Below, in pieces: positions 58,366-64,000 of a DNA stretch of 64,000 bases. Source of the DNA: the human T2T-CHM13v2.0 reference genome, Homo sapiens. The notes beneath the pieces were generated by a model. It did not search any database, had not been told where the DNA came from, and saw only the letters and a list, made by a program, of their open reading frames with translations. Within the stretch, counting starts at the first letter, position 1, and every line of letters starts with the position of its first letter. The DNA lies in NCBI RefSeq assembly GCF_009914755.1, contig NC_060942.1, one strand, 5' to 3'. The position numbers were made by a program, and so were the translations under genes.

Positions 58366-60225
58366 AAATTGAGTACCTATTGTAAGTGCATTGCCAATAC
58401 ACAGTAACAGAATCCAAATTATAGAACTGACTAATTAGACATGAAGATATGTATAATAAGGAAAATAATCCCATAGGCTGTAAATCTGGTGACGATCATT
58501 TTGCAGTAAACATTAGGTCACACTGTTGCCTTCAGTATTTTGGAAGGCAGAGCTATGAATCCTGAGGCTGTTATATTATAGGACATTTATGAAAAATTCA
58601 GAATGTTAGTGTGCATGGGCTCCTTTTGCTTTTCAGCAAAACCCTATCAGTGAGAAATAAATTGAGACTGGAGCTTTCCAATCTACTAACAGAGTTAGAA
58701 GGAGAAGCCACTTTGCCAAGAGAGAAGCTCTCTGTCTATGGCTTACAAAATAAGTTGCCAGGGAGTCTGTAATTTGGAACATTTTCAGCAAAATCCAATT
58801 GCTTCTATATCTATATTGAATCAGTTATGACCTGCGGACGTGAAACTGCAGATATAGTGGGAAATAATCCTGGTGCCTTGCCATACAGAAGCACTGAACT
58901 TTCTGGCAAAGATGACGAATGTTTCAGATTACCTCAAGGTGGTGACTGCTGCATTAAAAGAAAGGGGAATGTCAGAGCTTAAAGTCAAGTTAGCACAAGT
59001 TTTAAAACTATGACAGAGTAGGCCTTTAGCTACACTGTTGTCATATAAAATGAATCAAAAACAAGGTAGCATCTGCTCAATGTTTTAATAAATTTATACT
59101 TATGAAGGTGTAACACTCCAAAGATTAAAAGAATGTCATTAAGTCATTCATGAAGTATATGCAGATACGGCAGAACCGCAGTGTGCTCCAGTGCCTCCTT
59201 TTCTTCTTTAGTGATAAACTTCAGTTTTATTCTGCGTAGCAAGGGATACAGCTAAAGAATGTTATTTCTAATTCTTGCTGGCAGTCACAGGTGATCAGTT
59301 AAATATAAGTCAAAGATGTTGGCTGGGCTTCTGGAAAGACTCTGTCGAAATAAAACTGACTTGGCTGGTGGTTACTCTCATTTGCTCTTCTCACACTTCC
59401 TCTTCTTCCTGCTATGTTGTGATCTTAAATGTTAGAATTCCAGCAGGCAACTTGGACCACACACTAAAGTTAGTGGCACAGAAGTTTAGATGTTGCTATA
59501 ACTGCTCTGCACGGCCTGACCCTGTGTGCTGGTCCCGTCTTGCTTTGTTTTGTACTAACATAAGAGAAATATAAACATTAACATTCAGTTGGCATATGGT
59601 TGCTTTTGCCTCTGCTCTTCCATACATTTTCTCCTGTATGCAGTTCTAACATAATAGCTGAAGTTTCATTATCCATTCCAAACTATAAGCTAAACTTAAA
59701 TTTCAAAGTAATGAAACCACATTGGTTATAATAAAGATACAGAAGAAATTTGGGTTCATCATGGCCACAGAGACAGAATATCAACCCTAAATACCTTTTT
59801 TCTTTATTTCTGTGTTAGGGATATACACCTCTATCTTATTGAAATTATTTACTTTGGTTTTAGATGATATACATCTAATTTTAATATAAAAATAGAGTAA
59901 GTATATACAAAGAGGATAAAATAATTTTAAAACCAGACTTGTTCATAGCAACACTTGATGCTATAACATAGCATGTATTAACTTCAAAGACTCTAGAGAA
60001 GTGAAATATGGTTTGAAAAGTATATATAAAAGTTTCTTTTTTAAAAATAATCAAGCAATAGAGTCAATTTTAGTCATAAAATAATCTAGGGATTCCGGCA
60101 CACACAAGTTTTCTTGAACAAAATTTTAGTTAAAAAAATTGATATGTTTAGAGATGGACATGCAATAAAATGATTGGTAGTTACTATTAACTCTAACCAT
60201 AAAATTGGAAATTATGTAACAAAAT

Positions 60226-60727
60226 AAGTGATCATATAAAGATGAGTTATTCTCTTATTTGAATTTTAAATTAACAATGAATAGAGCTGGGTGCAGTGGC
60301 TCACATCTGTAATCCCAGAACTTTGGGAGGCTGAGGTGGCAGAAAAGCTGGAGCCCAGGAGTTGGAGACCAGCCTGGGTAAGATAGTAAGACCTTGTCTC
60401 TACAAAAAACAATAATAATAAAATAATCATTGGTGGCATGGCTGTGGTCCTGAGGATGAGGTAAAAGGAACCCTTGAGCCTGGGAAGTCAAAGCTTTAGT
60501 GACTGCACTCCAGCCTGGGCCACAGAGTGAATCCTCATCAAAATAAATAAGTAAATAAATAAATAAATATAAAAATAAATAAATAAATAAATAAATATAA
60601 ATAAAATAAAAATTGTTTAAGTATGACCCATACAATATTTGAGGACGTTCTTATACTAAAAAATGTATTCATTATTTATCTGAAATTCAAATTTTCCTGG
60701 TTGTCATGAATCTCATCTGACAACCCA
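60226..60727. mobile_element. MER53 palindromic hAT MITE split by an AluJ
   Basis: atttgaatttt..aacaatgaata | ..caatatttgaggac..ttatactaaaaaa..tttatctgaaattcaaattt..atctgacaaccc. Confidence 0.78.
60285..60610 (+). mobile_element. AluJ with (TAAA)n tail
   Basis: Degenerate dimer with J-type gagcccaggagtt and a long TAAA tail. Confidence 0.9.
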
Positions 60728-60779
60728 CATATGAGTAATATGGGCAAGGGATCTGACAGTGTTTTGGTGTTGACTGAGA

Positions 60780-61635
60780 GCTCTCTCTAGCAGCTATTCT
60801 GGGTTTCTACCAATGCCCTCAGGCTACAGATTTTCTTTCCCTTGTGCCTGTAGATTAAGGTTTCCATTCTGTAGATTAGACACTGGAGATGGGTCTGGGC
60901 GATTTTGGCCGTCTTTGATGCTCCCTTTCTCTAGCCAGCACCAGAGAGGATCATTTTCAGGATTTTCTTCCTTCAGCAATACATGGATTTCCTGGAAGGA
61001 AAATCATACAAGGGCTTCAGAATTCCTCTACGCTGCAGCCTCCAGGGGCTTCACCCTTTGCATCCATCCCACACCAGGTCTTTGGCAATTAGGTGCAAAT
61101 TTCCAGGTGAATTTTTTCCCTGGCTTGATGGCATTCTGTAGCATTTTTCCGAGGTAAACAAACACTAAAGTCCTACTTGTCATGAAAGGTCTCTTTACAT
61201 TTTTTTTTCAATAGTGTTTGGGGTACAGGTGGGTTTTAGTTACATGGATGACTTCTTTAGTGGTGAATTCTGAGATTTTAGTGCACCAATATGTAGTCTT
61301 TTATCCCTCAACCCTCGTCCAACTTACCCCCATCTCTGTCCCCAAAGTCCATTATATCACTCTATGTGTGTCCTCATAGCTTAGTTTCCACTTAAAATTG
61401 AGAACATACATAAAGTCTCTTTCTTCAGATTTTAGGATAGTTGTTTGCCCCATATACTCAGTTTTCTAATGGGTTCTTTTACAGTTTGTTAATTACAGTT
61501 TGTTACATTTTGTTATGTTACAGTTACTTATATTTATTACATTAGTTTGTTAATTTACAGTTTGTCAGTCTTTCTATTTTTGTAAAAATTGGAGAAATGC
61601 TTGTTTTAGCTTTCCACATCCCTGAGCTGAAACTT
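60780..61635 (-). mobile_element. Old L1M 5' region fragment split by an L1PB piece
   Basis: ctccaggggcttcaccc..cccacac..gcaatt and tttccacatcctgagctgaaac resemble the L1MC/MD 5' end. Confidence 0.45.
61198..61410 (-). mobile_element. Short L1PB 3'UTR insertion
   Basis: ttggggtacaggtg..ttacatggatga..tagtggtgaattctgagattttagtgcacc; TSD aaggtctcttt / aaagtctcttt. Confidence 0.85.
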
Positions 61636-62182
61636 CACTCGGTCTTTAATTCTCTGCCTATTTATTTTACAGCATACATAATTTTATGTAACCCTTCTTT
61701 ATGATTGTGTCCCTCTTCATTCTACCACTTTCTTAATTTAACCCCTCACCCCTCCATATGATGACAATATCACTCCTGAGTCTTCAGGGATGAAGTTATG
61801 CCTCGTGTACTCAAGAATCAGCCAGGTAGCCAATGGTGTTGGAGATAGTAACCTGACTTCACCTCTACTCTTTATGAGGTAACGCTGGTTTATTATTGCT
61901 GATGATACATTTGTTCTCTCCCAGCTCTTGTTATAATGTGATATTTCCCATATAACCCCACTATGAATAGAACTATATCCTAAGTATTTCTTCACATTAT
62001 TTTTCCATTATCTTCAAGAGGTGGAAAAATTGCAGTAAATCGTACCACTCAAGTAGTATGAACAATTTTAGAGAGGTCGACTTTTACTAACACAATTTTA
62101 ACTAAATAATGAATCCTCAAACACCAAATTACACTGACATTGTCATTTTAGGCTTGATTATCCTAACCTGCTCCACCCGTGT

Positions 62183-62776
62183 TGTTGACAGCTGTTGTGA
62201 AGACTTGGTTATTGTCTTCTTAGTTTAAATAATTTAAACACGAAATACAAAGCAAAGGAGATGCAGCATGGAGCAATTCATTGCGAAGGAGAAAGAATAC
62301 TCTGAAGGTTAGATGTAGAAGAGACAGCACACTCTGTGAGGCAATTCAGAGTGGGCTGCTCATGAAGACAGGCAACAAAGACTCACACTAGGGAGACTCT
62401 TTTATAGGAGTCTTACATGATTATTCCCAAGCGGATGGGAAGAGGTGTTGCCAGTAGGCATGTTCTGGGTGGTCCTCTGGGTGCACATGCAGAGTCATTG
62501 TACATGTTAGTTCACACATTTCATGTCTCATTAGCATCTTAAATCTCTACCCAGGGGTGTGTTTTTTACTATTATAATGAGTAAAGGGTCAGTCTGAGGA
62601 CAGGTACAATCAAAATGTGCATGCTCTTTAAAGGGGAAATTCCCTACTGGAGATAGCTTTGCTTGAATGAACTTGACTACAATGCAAATGCTGGGGCTTA
62701 TTGTGTTAAAGGTGAGGTCTCAAGTTTGCAGGCTCCAGAGGACACGGTTACTTCTTTGACAACCCATCCTGCCTCA
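62183..62776 (-). mobile_element. Solo MER66-type ERV1 LTR
   Basis: Minus strand begins TGAGGCAGGATGGGTTGTCAAAGAAGTAACCGTGTCC..CATTCAAGCAAAGCTATCTCCAGTAGGG; left edge uncertain by about 10 bp. Confidence 0.78.
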
Positions 62777-63092
62777 ATGTGAACTGAACCTTAAGTAATT
62801 CTGAACTGAATTTTACCTAATTATATGGAATTAAACTTGCCTGGATGACCTTGACTGTGATATCTTAAACAAGAATGTATTCTCTGCCTGAAAATCTTGT
62901 TCTATTAGATGCTATGATGGTACCTAAGTGCTCACTCTTACCATGCACTTTATTCAGTAGATGTGACACTTCGTCAGAGATGAGATGAATTTCCTAATAA
63001 GGCCCAACATATGAGTGAAATTTGAGGAATTACAAGAAAGCCTATTGTCTCTGACATCCAATTGCATATACGATTTCCATCTGATTACCTAC

Positions 63093-63489
63093 TGATATGG
63101 TTTGGCTCTGTGTCCCCACCCAAATCTCATCTCTAATTGTAATCCCCACATGTCGGGGAGGGACCAGGTGAGAGGGGATTGGATCAAGGGGGCAGGGGCA
63201 GGGGGCAATTTCCCCCATGTTGTTTTCATGATAGTCAGGGAGTTCTCATGAGAGCTGATGGTTTGAGAGTATGGTACCTCCTGGTTATTGCACACATTCC
63301 CTCCTGCTGCCTTGTGAAGAAAGTGCTTGCTCCCTTTTCACCTTCTTCCATGATTATAAGTTTCCTGAAGCCTCCTGGCCATGCTTCCCTTTAAGCCTGC
63401 AGAACTCTGAGTCAATGAAACCTCTTTCCTTTGTAATTACACTGTCTCAGGTAGTATTCTTTTTAGCAGTGTGAGAACAAACTAATACA
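63093..63489 (+). mobile_element. Solo THE1D/MSTA MaLR LTR
   Basis: TGATATGGTTTGGCTCTGTGTCCCCACC...ACTAATACA; TSD cctac / cctat. Confidence 0.9.
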
Positions 63490-63673
63490 CCTATGTTTAG
63501 TTTTGGGTTTGATTTCTTGCTACAATGAAAATGCATTTTTGAAAATGTGAGTTTTCTTAGAAAATTTTCTTTGGAAAATTAAAGTGGAAAACATTTTAAT
63601 TTGTTATAAATCACTTGGAAATTATTAAAGACCATTGAATAAGTTTTGTTAGGAAATATGGCTGAAATATCAT

Positions 63674-64000
63674 TGCTATGGTTTGAATGTATCCCTCTAA
63701 AATTCATGTTGAAATTTAATCTCCATTGTGGTAGTAGTAATACATGGGGCCTCTTGGGAAGTGATTAAATCATGAGTGTTCCACCCTCACAAATAGATTA
63801 GTCCCTCACGAAAGGGATAGAGAGGATTAGCTTAAACCCTTTTTCCCTTCTTCCTTTGGCCATGTGAGGACAGCCACAAGAAACCATCTTGGAGGCAGAG
63901 AGCAGTCCTTGAGAGATAGCAAATCTGCCCTGATCCTGAACTCCTGAGCCTCCAGAACAATGAGAAATACATTTCTGCTTTTTAAAGATCACCAAGCTTT
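63674..64000 (+). mobile_element. MST (C/D-like) MaLR LTR running off the window end
   Basis: TGCTATGGTTTGAATGT..ccatgtgaggacag..ccatcttggaggcagaga..gcctccagaacaatgagaaata. Confidence 0.82.

Noticed and set aside
60226-60727. miR-1302-like hairpin from MER53
   Set aside because: The left arm is degenerate and interrupted by an AluJ.

Overview
This is AT-rich primate genomic DNA (human or another catarrhine, judged from AluY, L1PA7, LTR17 and MER11). It looks intergenic or deep intronic. I can support no host protein-coding gene or RNA gene, and nearly all listed ORFs are chance frames or decayed transposon coding sequence. The window is a transposable-element graveyard. It holds solo ERV LTRs (LTR8-like, LTR17/HERV-W, MER57A, MER4, MER11, MLT2, LTR16, MER66), a complete THE1B provirus, several solo MaLR LTRs, a 5 kb 5'-inverted (twin-primed) L1PA7, a near full-length Tigger1, MITEs (MADE1, MADE2, MER53, MER58, Tigger4-derived), about 14 Alus, and old L1M/L2/MIR fragments. 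Family names come from recalled consensus sequences and need RepeatMasker/Dfam confirmation. I do not see a new biological system in the gene sense. The most unusual signals are DNA-repair or recombination scars. These are a complex templated-insertion plus fold-back junction at 20.5 kb, two further short duplications offset by about 1 kb, an iterative patchwork insert, a shared frameshift between two inverted L1 copies, and a TSD-less Alu. A non-repeat CpG-rich patch and a nearby strong G-quadruplex motif are candidate regulatory elements.
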